64,000 nt of DNA, taken from the sequence record MT028491.1; one strand, given 5' to 3'. Numbering within the stretch: the stretch's first letter is position 1; each line of letters opens with the position of its first letter. The notes below the pieces were generated by a model. That model saw nothing but the letters and a program-made list of their open reading frames with translations. It had not been told where the DNA came from and did no database searches. A program made the position numbers and the translations under genes. Shown one piece after another: positions 27,223-34,036 of the stretch.

Positions 27223-27298
27223 TGGTGGAATGTATCGGTTCCGCCCCGATTTCTGCGCATTGCAAGTGCGCCGTGTTACCTATTTTCACTAACACCCC
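27223..27298 (-). tRNA. tRNA-Ala(TGC) with atypical T-loop
   Basis: G3:U70, GCGCA-CT-TGC-AA-TGCGC; T-loop GGCGGAA. Confidence 0.88.
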
Positions 27299-27304
27299 GT
27301 TATA

Positions 27305-27381
27305 TGGAACTTCCAACTGGATTCAAACCAGTAACCTACAGATTCGTAATCTGTTGCTCTATTCTGTTGAGCTATGGAAGT
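27305..27381 (-). tRNA. tRNA-Arg(ACG)
   Basis: ACAGA-TT-ACG-AA-TCTGT arm; TCCA end. Confidence 0.9.
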
Positions 27382-28196
27382 ATGAATTGGTGCTAAAACC
27401 ATTTTATGAATTGAAACCATATCATAAAATAATCATTATTGTCAAGTCAAATCATAAATATAGCTACAAACTAATTTCAAAAGGTAGCTATAATGAAAGA
27501 CATACTATATCAACTATTTAAAGATAATGGTCGCATATCAAAAACTGATATTAGCAATCACCCGGATTTACCATCATATAACACCCTCATGAGACGTGGT
27601 TTTTCTCTTATAGAATTAAACCAAGAATTCAGCGAGCGTCAATATAATGACAATCCTGTATTGTGTTTACAATGTTCAACAGCCATCACTTTAAAGGCTC
27701 ATGAACAAGGTAATAAATTTTGCTGTAAATCGTGTTCCGCCACACACAATAATCTTAAACGTGGTAAGAAAACAAAAGAAACTTATTTTAAAATCAAACC
27801 ACCAAGAGAATGCTTACATTGTAAGAGTATTGTAACTTCCACTAATAAAAGAACAGTGTTTTGTTCAACATCATGTTCAATAGACTACCAATATCAACAA
27901 AACGTTGCTGATTGGCTTTCTGGTAAGAAACCCGGATGTAATGGTAAAACACTTTCTCTAGCACGTTATGTAAGAAGATACTTACATGAAACTAGAGGAA
28001 CAGCATGTGAATGTTGCGGTTGGGATCAAAGACATCCAGTAGATGGAAGAGTATTGACCGAAATAGATCACATAGACGGCAATGCCGCCAATAATGATCC
28101 AACCAACCTAAAGGTTCTTTGTCCAAACTGTCATTCTATGACTCCAACTCATAGAGCGAGAAATAGAAATTCAGCAAGACAAAGATGAATTGGTGC
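27382..28196 (+). mobile_element. HNH homing-endonuclease cassette flanked by 12-bp direct repeats
   Basis: ATGAATTGGTGC at 27382-27393 and 28185-28196 (overlaps tRNA-Thr 3' end); late promoter CATAAATA 27453-27460. Confidence 0.65.
27493..28188 (+). CDS. HNH homing endonuclease with zinc-finger repeats
   Basis: FCCKSCS, FCSTSC, CECCG, EIDHIDGNAANNDPTNLKVLCPNCHS. Confidence 0.88.
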   Translation: MKDILYQLFKDNGRISKTDISNHPDLPSYNTLMRRGFSLIELNQEFSERQYNDNPVLCLQCSTAITLKAHEQGNKFCCKSCSATHNNLKRGKKTKETYFKIKPPRECLHCKSIVTSTNKRTVFCSTSCSIDYQYQQNVADWLSGKKPGCNGKTLSLARYVRRYLHETRGTACECCGWDQRHPVDGRVLTEIDHIDGNAANNDPTNLKVLCPNCHSMTPTHRARNRNSARQR

Positions 28197-28264
28197 CGAT
28201 ACGAGGAATCGAACCCCGAAAACCTGATTACAAAACAGACATTATACCATTTAATTATATCGGC
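28191..28264 (-). tRNA. tRNA-Thr(TGT)
   Basis: GCCGATA/TATCGGC, TT-TGT-AA loop, ACCA. Confidence 0.92.
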
Positions 28265-28266
28265 AA

Positions 28267-28437
28267 AAGACAATGATACTGATTGAAAGGAGGACGTATC
28301 ATTGTCTTCGATATCACAAAATTTGAAAGGAGGTTGTGATATCTAAAATAGAATTAGTGAACTTTTAGCTGTCTTCAAAGCAACCTAGTAATCAGAAACG
28401 TGTGCACCATTATCTGAAAACCTGAAAAGTTCACTAA
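28267..28437 (-). ncRNA. candidate sRNA: two hairpins with CCUCCUUUCAA loops plus a third domain
   Basis: 13-bp stem 28267-79/28296-308, 10-bp stem 28310-19/28334-43, 13-bp stem 28354-66/28425-37. Confidence 0.65.
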
Positions 28438-28441
28438 ACTT

Positions 28442-28516
28442 TGGAGTCCCTTGTTGGAATTAAACCAACCTTCACTGTGTTGCAAACAGGCTTATAACCA
28501 CTCTAAGCAAAGGGAC
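28442..28516 (-). tRNA. tRNA-Cys(GCA)
   Basis: CCTGT-TT-GCA-AC-ACAGT arm, U73-CCA. Confidence 0.88.
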
Positions 28517-28589
28517 ATGTTAAATATTATTTCTACCGATTCTCGAATAACCTGTCAACTTTTTAATTTCTTTTAGGTTATTTTTATCT

Positions 28590-29084
28590 TTACGACTGGT
28601 TTTCCGAATCGACTTTTTCTTTGTATGGCTCATTGACCACCTTATTCATCCGGCGAATATCACCCATTGTGATCGATCCACCAAAGCAATAGCAAGCTGT
28701 ATAATACTGATGAAGTGCAAACACTTCAAATTCATCACCAAGCTTAGTACCATTATCAATATAGATTGAGTCTTGCAAATGGTACTTATTATCTGCCAAT
28801 TGTTCGGTTGTTAGCTCCAATTCCTTCCACACAAGCTTTCCATTTTCATCTGGAACCAAATCTTGTAGGCTTTCATTTTCACTAAGATAAGGCCACAACT
28901 TTGACGTTGCCATCATACCTTCAACTGGATTTTCATCCAAACCACCAAACGTAAAATCAAATGGATAAAGTTGTGTCTCTAGCTCAATCAAGCGATCCAA
29001 CAACTCTTCATTTGAAGCGTTTGAAAACCGATCTTCGACACGCTTACGGGTAATCTGTTCAATCTTATCGTAATCCCAAGACAT
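28590..29084 (-). CDS. hypothetical protein
   Basis: 164-aa ORF. Confidence 0.7.
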   Translation of the reverse strand: MSWDYDKIEQITRKRVEDRFSNASNEELLDRLIELETQLYPFDFTFGGLDENPVEGMMATSKLWPYLSENESLQDLVPDENGKLVWKELELTTEQLADNKYHLQDSIYIDNGTKLGDEFEVFALHQYYTACYCFGGSITMGDIRRMNKVVNEPYKEKVDSENQS

Positions 29085-29500
29085 TAGATCACGACCGCAT
29101 AACGAAGCTTGAACGCAAGACGTGGTTCAAATGTTTCAGCACTGACACAGCGAACCTTAGAAATATTATACAGAATCAGTGTTGCGCCTTGACTGATCAC
29201 ATTATCAATTTCTTGATAAAGGCTATCGAAGTCTGGAAACGCCTTCGATTCGATTAGATACGTTTTGCCGTTCATTAATCCGGTTGGCTTTAGTGACTGA
29301 TAAACATTTACCATCTTGTGATGGTAGTTTAGAAGTTCCCAAAGCTTGATTGCATCAGAAGGACGAATAACCACATCTTCATATTTAAAAGGCGACCTTA
29401 CATCTTCAACATCAGAAAATCTTAGTTCTCTGGTCAAAATGCTTTCAAATTGAACAGCGTTTTCGATCTTGACAAATCCACAATCTTCATCTTCTAGCAA
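29084..29500 (-). CDS. hypothetical protein
   Basis: 138-aa ORF, TTG start with AAAGGTG RBS. Confidence 0.65.
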   Translation of the reverse strand: MLEDEDCGFVKIENAVQFESILTRELRFSDVEDVRSPFKYEDVVIRPSDAIKLWELLNYHHKMVNVYQSLKPTGLMNGKTYLIESKAFPDFDSLYQEIDNVISQGATLILYNISKVRCVSAETFEPRLAFKLRYAVVI

Positions 29501-29531
29501 TTCACTACACCTTTATATATAACAAATTAAA

Positions 29532-29607
29532 TGGCGCATATGACGGGGATCGAACCCGCCTAGACTTGATCGACAGTCAAGCGATTTCACCAGAAATCAA
29601 CATATGC
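29532..29607 (-). tRNA. tRNA-Asp(GTC)
   Basis: CTTGA-CT-GTC-GA-TCAAG arm, G73-CCA. Confidence 0.9.
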
Positions 29608-29723
29608 ATATAATCTTTAATATGAAACACCGTCATAACAATGTTATGCTGCCATGACCATCATTTCATATTTTCGCCTAATTACCGATAGATGTATATC
29701 GTTTAATATAATTAGGTCTTTAT

Positions 29724-29799
29724 TGGTAGGATATTTCGGACTCGAACCGAAGTCGCATGGCCTGAAAAACCAGCATTCTAACCGCTAAACTAATATCCC
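29724..29799 (-). tRNA. tRNA-Glu(TTC)
   Basis: CTGGT-TT-TTC-AG-GCCAT arm; G1:U72, A73. Confidence 0.8.
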
Positions 29800-29802
29800 A
29801 TA

Positions 29803-29997
29803 TTAGTTGACATAAACCGTTGTCTCAAAGCCGCATTCGAAGCAAATTACTTGCGATTGCGCTGGATAAGATAACAACATAATATGTCTATTTTTGTATT
29901 GTAACTCATTTTGACAATTAGGGCAAGCAATATTTGTCGAATTAGGTGAAGAATTTTGCCTCAACACTTCATTGTTATGTTCTTCAATTGTCTTCAT
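29803..29997 (-). CDS. small zinc-ribbon protein
   Basis: CPNC...CFECG; start MKTIEE (the longer track ORF runs through tRNA-Leu). Confidence 0.65.
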   Translation of the reverse strand: MKTIEEHNNEVLRQNSSPNSTNIACPNCQNELQYKNRHIMLLSYPAQSQVICFECGFETTVYVN

Positions 29998-30016
29998 TTG
30001 CAAAACCCTTATAAAA

Positions 30017-30099
30017 TGGTGTGAGTAGAGGGACTTGAACCCCCAATCCGAAGAACTGCATTCTAAGTGCAGCGCGTTTCCCAATTTCGCCATACTCAC
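30017..30099 (-). tRNA. tRNA-Leu(TAG)
   Basis: CTGCA-CT-TAG-AA-TGCAG arm, long variable arm, ACCA. Confidence 0.93.
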
Positions 30100-30108
30100 T
30101 TTTATTTG

Positions 30109-30642
30109 TTATCTACCATGATTCTCATGAAAGTCAAACTGTTTTTCTGCATTTAGTCTAACTTGCACGGCTTCATCAAAGTTGGTATAAACACCCAAAT
30201 AGTGTTTAACACCATCAGAAGATATTTCCACTTTCCATTTATTTCTAGATTTAGAAATTCCTCTATGTCCAGAAGTATTATTAGAAAATGTCTTCATATT
30301 TTTATTATTTTCTAAACCACTAACATTTCTAAGATTAGACCATCTATTATCTGTTCTTATACCATTTATATGATCAATCACATCTGGCCATTCACCAGTC
30401 ACCAAAAACCATATCAGTCTATGACAGATGTATCGTTTATCAAAAATCTTAACAGTTATGTAACCACTGCCATTCACTGTTGATATTTTTTTACCAGCAA
30501 ATTTCTTATTCCAAGCACTACAATTAGCTTCGGATGAAGTATTACCAGCCGAAAACCATTTTACGTCTCTTGGTTTCCATTTACAAATTCCGGTTTCAGG
30601 ATTATAGTCTATAAACTCTTTTAATATCTCTTGTGTTAACAT
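30109..30642 (-). CDS. HNH endonuclease with AP2-like C-terminal domain
   Basis: CHRLIW..VIDHINGIRTDNRWSNLR..N; NTSGHRGIS..KWKVEI..KHYLGVYTNFDEAVQVR. Confidence 0.9.
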   Translation of the reverse strand: MLTQEILKEFIDYNPETGICKWKPRDVKWFSAGNTSSEANCSAWNKKFAGKKISTVNGSGYITVKIFDKRYICHRLIWFLVTGEWPDVIDHINGIRTDNRWSNLRNVSGLENNKNMKTFSNNTSGHRGISKSRNKWKVEISSDGVKHYLGVYTNFDEAVQVRLNAEKQFDFHENHGR

Positions 30643-30668
30643 TATATAAAAAAATAAAAATAATAAAA

Positions 30669-30744
30669 TGGAGCATCATCGGGGAATCAAACCCCGTTCC
30701 TCGCGTTGGAAGCGCGATATAATAAGTCAATATACGAATGATGC
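30669..30744 (-). tRNA. tRNA-Gly(TCC)
   Basis: TCGCG-CT-TCC-AA-CGCGA arm, U73-CCA. Confidence 0.9.
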
Positions 30745-30753
30745 ATCTATAAA

Positions 30754-30948
30754 CTATATACGCCTACTGATCAGAAAAACCGAGCTAGGGATTGCGCCTA
30801 GCACTTCTTCCCATGGCACCCAACATCCCCTATCGGGAATTGAAGGAATCGAACCCTCACAAGGTACTTGCGCTCTTCTACTTAAACTACCGGTCTGGTT
30901 CCAAAGTTAGCTATTCTTCTCACCGTAACGATCAATAGGCATATATAG
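30754..30948 (-). ncRNA. candidate ~195-nt ncRNA with two T-loop-like hairpins
   Basis: 19-bp closing helix with 2 G:U pairs on minus strand; GAGGG-TTCGATT-CCTTC and CTAGG-CGCAATC-CCTAG. Confidence 0.65.
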
Positions 30949-30951
30949 TTT

Positions 30952-31029
30952 TGGTGTCCATGGTCGGATTTGAACCGACACTTTACGAATTTTAAGTTCG
31001 TTGACTCTAACCAGTTGGCCTACATGGAC
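30952..31029 (-). tRNA. tRNA-Leu(TAA) with short variable loop
   Basis: ACGAA-CT-TAA-AA-TTCGT arm; 5-nt variable region; ACCA. Confidence 0.85.
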
Positions 31030-31081
31030 ATGATTTCATATCTAAATTAAATTCTTATAGTTGTCAACACGAAACCCGCAT

Positions 31082-31420
31082 TTAAACTTTATATTTCTGC
31101 ATTCTCTTACGCTTGTTAAGCTTCTCTTGTTTTTTCAACTTACGTAAGAAATCAGCCTTTTCTATGACTTCACCAAGACTATTAAACCTTTCGGCATGTT
31201 TAATGTAATCATATGTCCACCAATAGCCTTCATCTTTGCCTAATGATGAACCCCAATATTCTTTACCATTATTGAATATATTGGACCGAATCAGAAAGAA
31301 TTTTCCATTCTCATCTTCAATCGCATACATTTTCTTGTAAGCTAGAAAACAAATGAAAAGCAATGGTGATCCAAACACGATGAAAAACAAAACCAATACA
31401 GCTATAACATCTGCCATCAC
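31082..31420 (-). CDS. membrane-anchored hypothetical protein
   Basis: N-terminal TM helix; paralog-like to next ORF. Confidence 0.65.
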   Translation of the reverse strand: MMADVIAVLVLFFIVFGSPLLFICFLAYKKMYAIEDENGKFFLIRSNIFNNGKEYWGSSLGKDEGYWWTYDYIKHAERFNSLGEVIEKADFLRKLKKQEKLNKRKRMQKYKV

Positions 31421-31710
31421 TAAACCTTATGCCAAATCTCAACAGGCTTGTATTCTTCCACCATCTTCGTTTTTTTAATATGCGCTCTAGCTTCTTCAAG
31501 AGTGTCGAAAGCGAGCGCAAATATCAAACTATCAGTGCGCGGATAATCCGAATCATCTGTCCAATATCGTCTATTAAAGCCGTATATATTGGTATCAGTA
31601 ATGAAGAATCGACCAGTTTCCGTTTCCAAAATCTTAGTTCTGACAAGCACCACAATTGACAACCATACAAATAGAAATATGATTAAAGTCAACATAAATC
31701 CTAATTCCAC
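31420..31710 (-). CDS. membrane-anchored hypothetical protein
   Basis: N-terminal TM helix; ETETGRFFIT vs EDENGKFFLI similarity to neighbour. Confidence 0.65.
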   Translation of the reverse strand: MELGFMLTLIIFLFVWLSIVVLVRTKILETETGRFFITDTNIYGFNRRYWTDDSDYPRTDSLIFALAFDTLEEARAHIKKTKMVEEYKPVEIWHKV

Positions 31711-31732
31711 TAATCAATCCTTTCATAATATA

Positions 31733-31823
31733 TGGCGGAAAGTTGAAGTGTCGAACTCCAAACGCTATTAACGCTCCAACTGTTTAGCAAACAGCGACAG
31801 GAAACCGTCCTGTATAACTTTCC
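31733..31823 (-). tRNA. tRNA-Ser(GCT)
   Basis: TT-GCT-AA loop, long variable arm, G73-CCA. Confidence 0.9.
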
Positions 31824-31833
31824 AAATAATTCT

Positions 31834-31977
31834 TTCTACAGGCGGGAATCGAACCCATTTTCAGCGTGTACGTTGCTTACTTTGTTAAACCACATCCTAT
31901 AAGGATATGAAGCCTTCCTTAAGCCTGACACATGCTTAACTAGTCGCACATGAAAGGCCCGTTTAACGCCTGCAAAA
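31834..31977 (-). ncRNA. ~140-nt RNA with acceptor-like stem and T-arm but expanded core
   Basis: TTTTGCAGGC/GCCTGTAGAA closing helix, GGGTTCGATTCCC T-arm, internal hairpins; no CCA. Confidence 0.6.
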
Positions 31978-31978
31978 C

Positions 31979-32069
31979 TGGAAGAAGGTGTGGGATTTGA
32001 ACCCACGGAATGCTATTAACACCCTTCGGTTTTCAAAACCGATGCAATCGACCGCTCTGCCAACCTTCC
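31979..32069 (-). tRNA. tRNA-Ser(TGA)
   Basis: TCGGT-TT-TGA-AA-ACCGA arm, long variable arm; G1:U72, U73. Confidence 0.88.
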
Positions 32070-32081
32070 ATATTACTAAAC

Positions 32082-32158
32082 TGGTTGCGGTATTACGAAT
32101 CGAACGTAACTCTCATGGCATATGAAACCAGAATGGTCAACCTGACCACCTTACCGCG
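32082..32158 (-). tRNA. initiator tRNA-fMet(CAT)
   Basis: C1:A72 mismatch, CGCGG.../...CCGCAACCA, TT-CAT-AT loop. Confidence 0.85.
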
Positions 32159-32159
32159 A

Positions 32160-32559
32160 TAAACTAACTTCCACAGACATCCTTGCTATGTTGTCAACAT
32201 GGCTTTAAACCGGACTCTATCTGTTTGTGTAGATGAAAAACATACCCCTATTCTATAAGGGCATTGGTATAAACATCCCAACTGTTAGCCTACGTGTAAT
32301 GGGGAATGTTGACTAAACATCGCGATCATTACACTCTACTTTATTCTTTTCGATCCATTCAAGGGCATTTGCAACTGCTAACTTGAATTCCATGTTTATC
32401 ATGCGATGCTTGTTGCAATATACTTATTGAACAGAGGCAGGACCGGACATTATTTTAGAGTCGCTACAAAGCGCCTCTTATAATCAGGCGACTTAGTATT
32501 ATAACCCCTAAGTCAAGGGAAGACGTGCGTGTCAATGAAGGGCTGCACATCCTGTCTCA
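32160..32559 (-). ncRNA. candidate ~400-nt structured ncRNA between tRNA-Val and tRNA-fMet
   Basis: ORF-free; several 7-8 bp helices plus long-range GACTCTA/TAGAGTC. Confidence 0.5.
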
Positions 32560-32635
32560 TGGTAGGTGTTGAAGGATTTGAACCTTCGCATGGTGGCATG
32601 TAAAACCACTGCCTTAACCACTTGGCGAAACACCT
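32560..32635 (-). tRNA. tRNA-Val(TAC)
   Basis: GTGGT-TT-TAC-AT-GCCAC arm; D-arm resembles Gln/His type; ACCA. Confidence 0.85.
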
Positions 32636-32642
32636 ATAAATT

Positions 32643-32718
32643 TGGCTGGAAAGGCGGGCTTCGATCCCGCAACCTTCCGGTTAACAGCCGGATGCTCTAC
32701 CAGTTGAGCTACTCTCCA
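32643..32718 (-). tRNA. tRNA-Asn(GTT)
   Basis: TCCGG-CT-GTT-AA-CCGGA arm, G73-CCA. Confidence 0.92.
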
Positions 32719-32929
32719 AAATTCGCTATGGTTTTTGACAATGCCGAACACCACCAAACGGCACCCATATTCGAAGTTAGGCAAACGTATCTGAATGCTT
32801 CACCTTCATGGGTATAGAATTAGGTTGCCAATTTCTTTTACTGTCATTGGCGAGGAAACAGTTGTTAACTTATCTGAAAATCGTGTTCTCTATATATGAT
32901 ATTCCAGAATTGGTCAACTATTTATATTA

Positions 32930-33555
32930 GTTACTAGCACAGTCTCGCGAAGCTTTGACCCTATGTAGTAGATTTGTTTAGTCTTAGTTTAGTCTAGTTT
33001 TGTATAATACTAAAATCAGGATAGCTTTTCGATGTTATGCAAAAACAGTTTTTGGTTGCTGCTTCTATCCTAAAGTTCATTGCGTATTGCAATGATGAAA
33101 CGACTTACCGGAATACCGGTTCCAGCTAGTTACGAGGCTGTTAATCTCGCTTGATTTTGGATAGGATCAAGAATAACCTAACTTTTATTTAATAGAAATG
33201 GGAAATGTTAAACCCACCTTGGCATCCAGCTTCAAAGTCCGAAGACTCCACTGTGTTGCTCTCTCTATGATTTTAATCTTTAGAGTTTGCAGCGTGCATT
33301 CCAATTTCTTAATGTTGGTAACTTCAAATCAATCCGAAGATATTCTTTCCAAAGGCCATCCCATTAAGAAACGCAAGTCGTTTCATCATTGCAATATTTC
33401 AGGAAGCATTTCGGCTTGTTTTTTTCAAATAAAAATGCTTGTTAGGTTTGCTGTTAGCTTCCTAATATTGCCAATTTAATAAAACTACTGGAAACATTTG
33501 AGTGTTTATAACCGAAACTTTTTGAGTTGCTGTTAGTTTCCAAAAACGTTTTATC
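32930..33555 (-). ncRNA. candidate large structured ncRNA / leader of the tRNA operon
   Basis: perfect 22-bp helix 33085-33106/33375-33396 with nested stems; directly downstream of tandem promoters; no credible ORF. Confidence 0.55.
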
Positions 33556-33559
33556 AAAC

Positions 33560-33597
33560 TATTTATATATTCTATTCTCTATTTAGTATAAAGTCAA
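33560..33597 (-). promoter_or_regulatory. tandem sigma70-type and late promoters for the RNA array
   Basis: TTGACT-N17-TAGAAT (33569-33597) followed by TATAAATA (33560-33567). Confidence 0.8.
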
Positions 33598-33856
33598 CAA
33601 CTTTTTTTAACTTTTTACTATTTTTTTTGTTTATTTTTACGGAAAGCATTTTGGTTTGTATTTGGAAACAAATTTTTTATGTTTGCTGTTAGCTTTCCAA
33701 AGCTTGTTAGGTGGACTCCCATCTGCAAAGGGGCATCTTGGGGGGCTTTGATGTTTTGCAGACAGGAGTCCTCACTGATATCTAACCTTTCGGTTATCAA
33801 TCAGCTTGAAAGAAACCTTCAATTTAGAAGAACTCTTTAAAACTGATTATGTTTAG

Positions 33857-33885
33857 ATATTAACTCGATTCGATTTGAAAGTCAA
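33857..33885 (-). promoter_or_regulatory. sigma70-type promoter
   Basis: TTGACT-N17-TAATAT with upstream A-tract. Confidence 0.75.
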
Positions 33886-34036
33886 CATCTTTTTTAGTGA
33901 GAACCGAAAGAATTTTTAGTACCACTCATACTATAGTTCTTCCGGTTCTCTTTGACATGATCATTCGTACATTCTCACGTCAACGCTTACGGTATAGACC
34001 GGACAAAGTGATTCGTCAACTGGTCTTTTTAGAAAA

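Noticed and set aside
27388-27430. Possible additional tRNA next to tRNA-Arg(ACG)
   Set aside because: Only a T-loop-like hairpin and a GCACCA end, with no D- or anticodon arm; interpreted as part of the HNH insertion duplication.
29998-30099. N-terminal extension of the track ORF 29803-30099
   Set aside because: It overlaps tRNA-Leu(TAG); the real start is probably ATG at 29997.
32160-32559. Possible RNase P RNA or tmRNA
   Set aside because: Signature GAGGAAAGUCC / P4 motifs and the tmRNA acceptor with CCA were not found; kept only as an unknown ncRNA.
32975-33000. Short TTAGT-like tandem repeats
   Set aside because: Only 3-4 imperfect units; not a CRISPR or iteron array, and could be part of the ncRNA.
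33198-33479. 93-aa plus-strand ORF in the array leader
   Set aside because: Cys/Ser/Phe-rich non-protein-like composition, no RBS, and it spans the long-range RNA helix.
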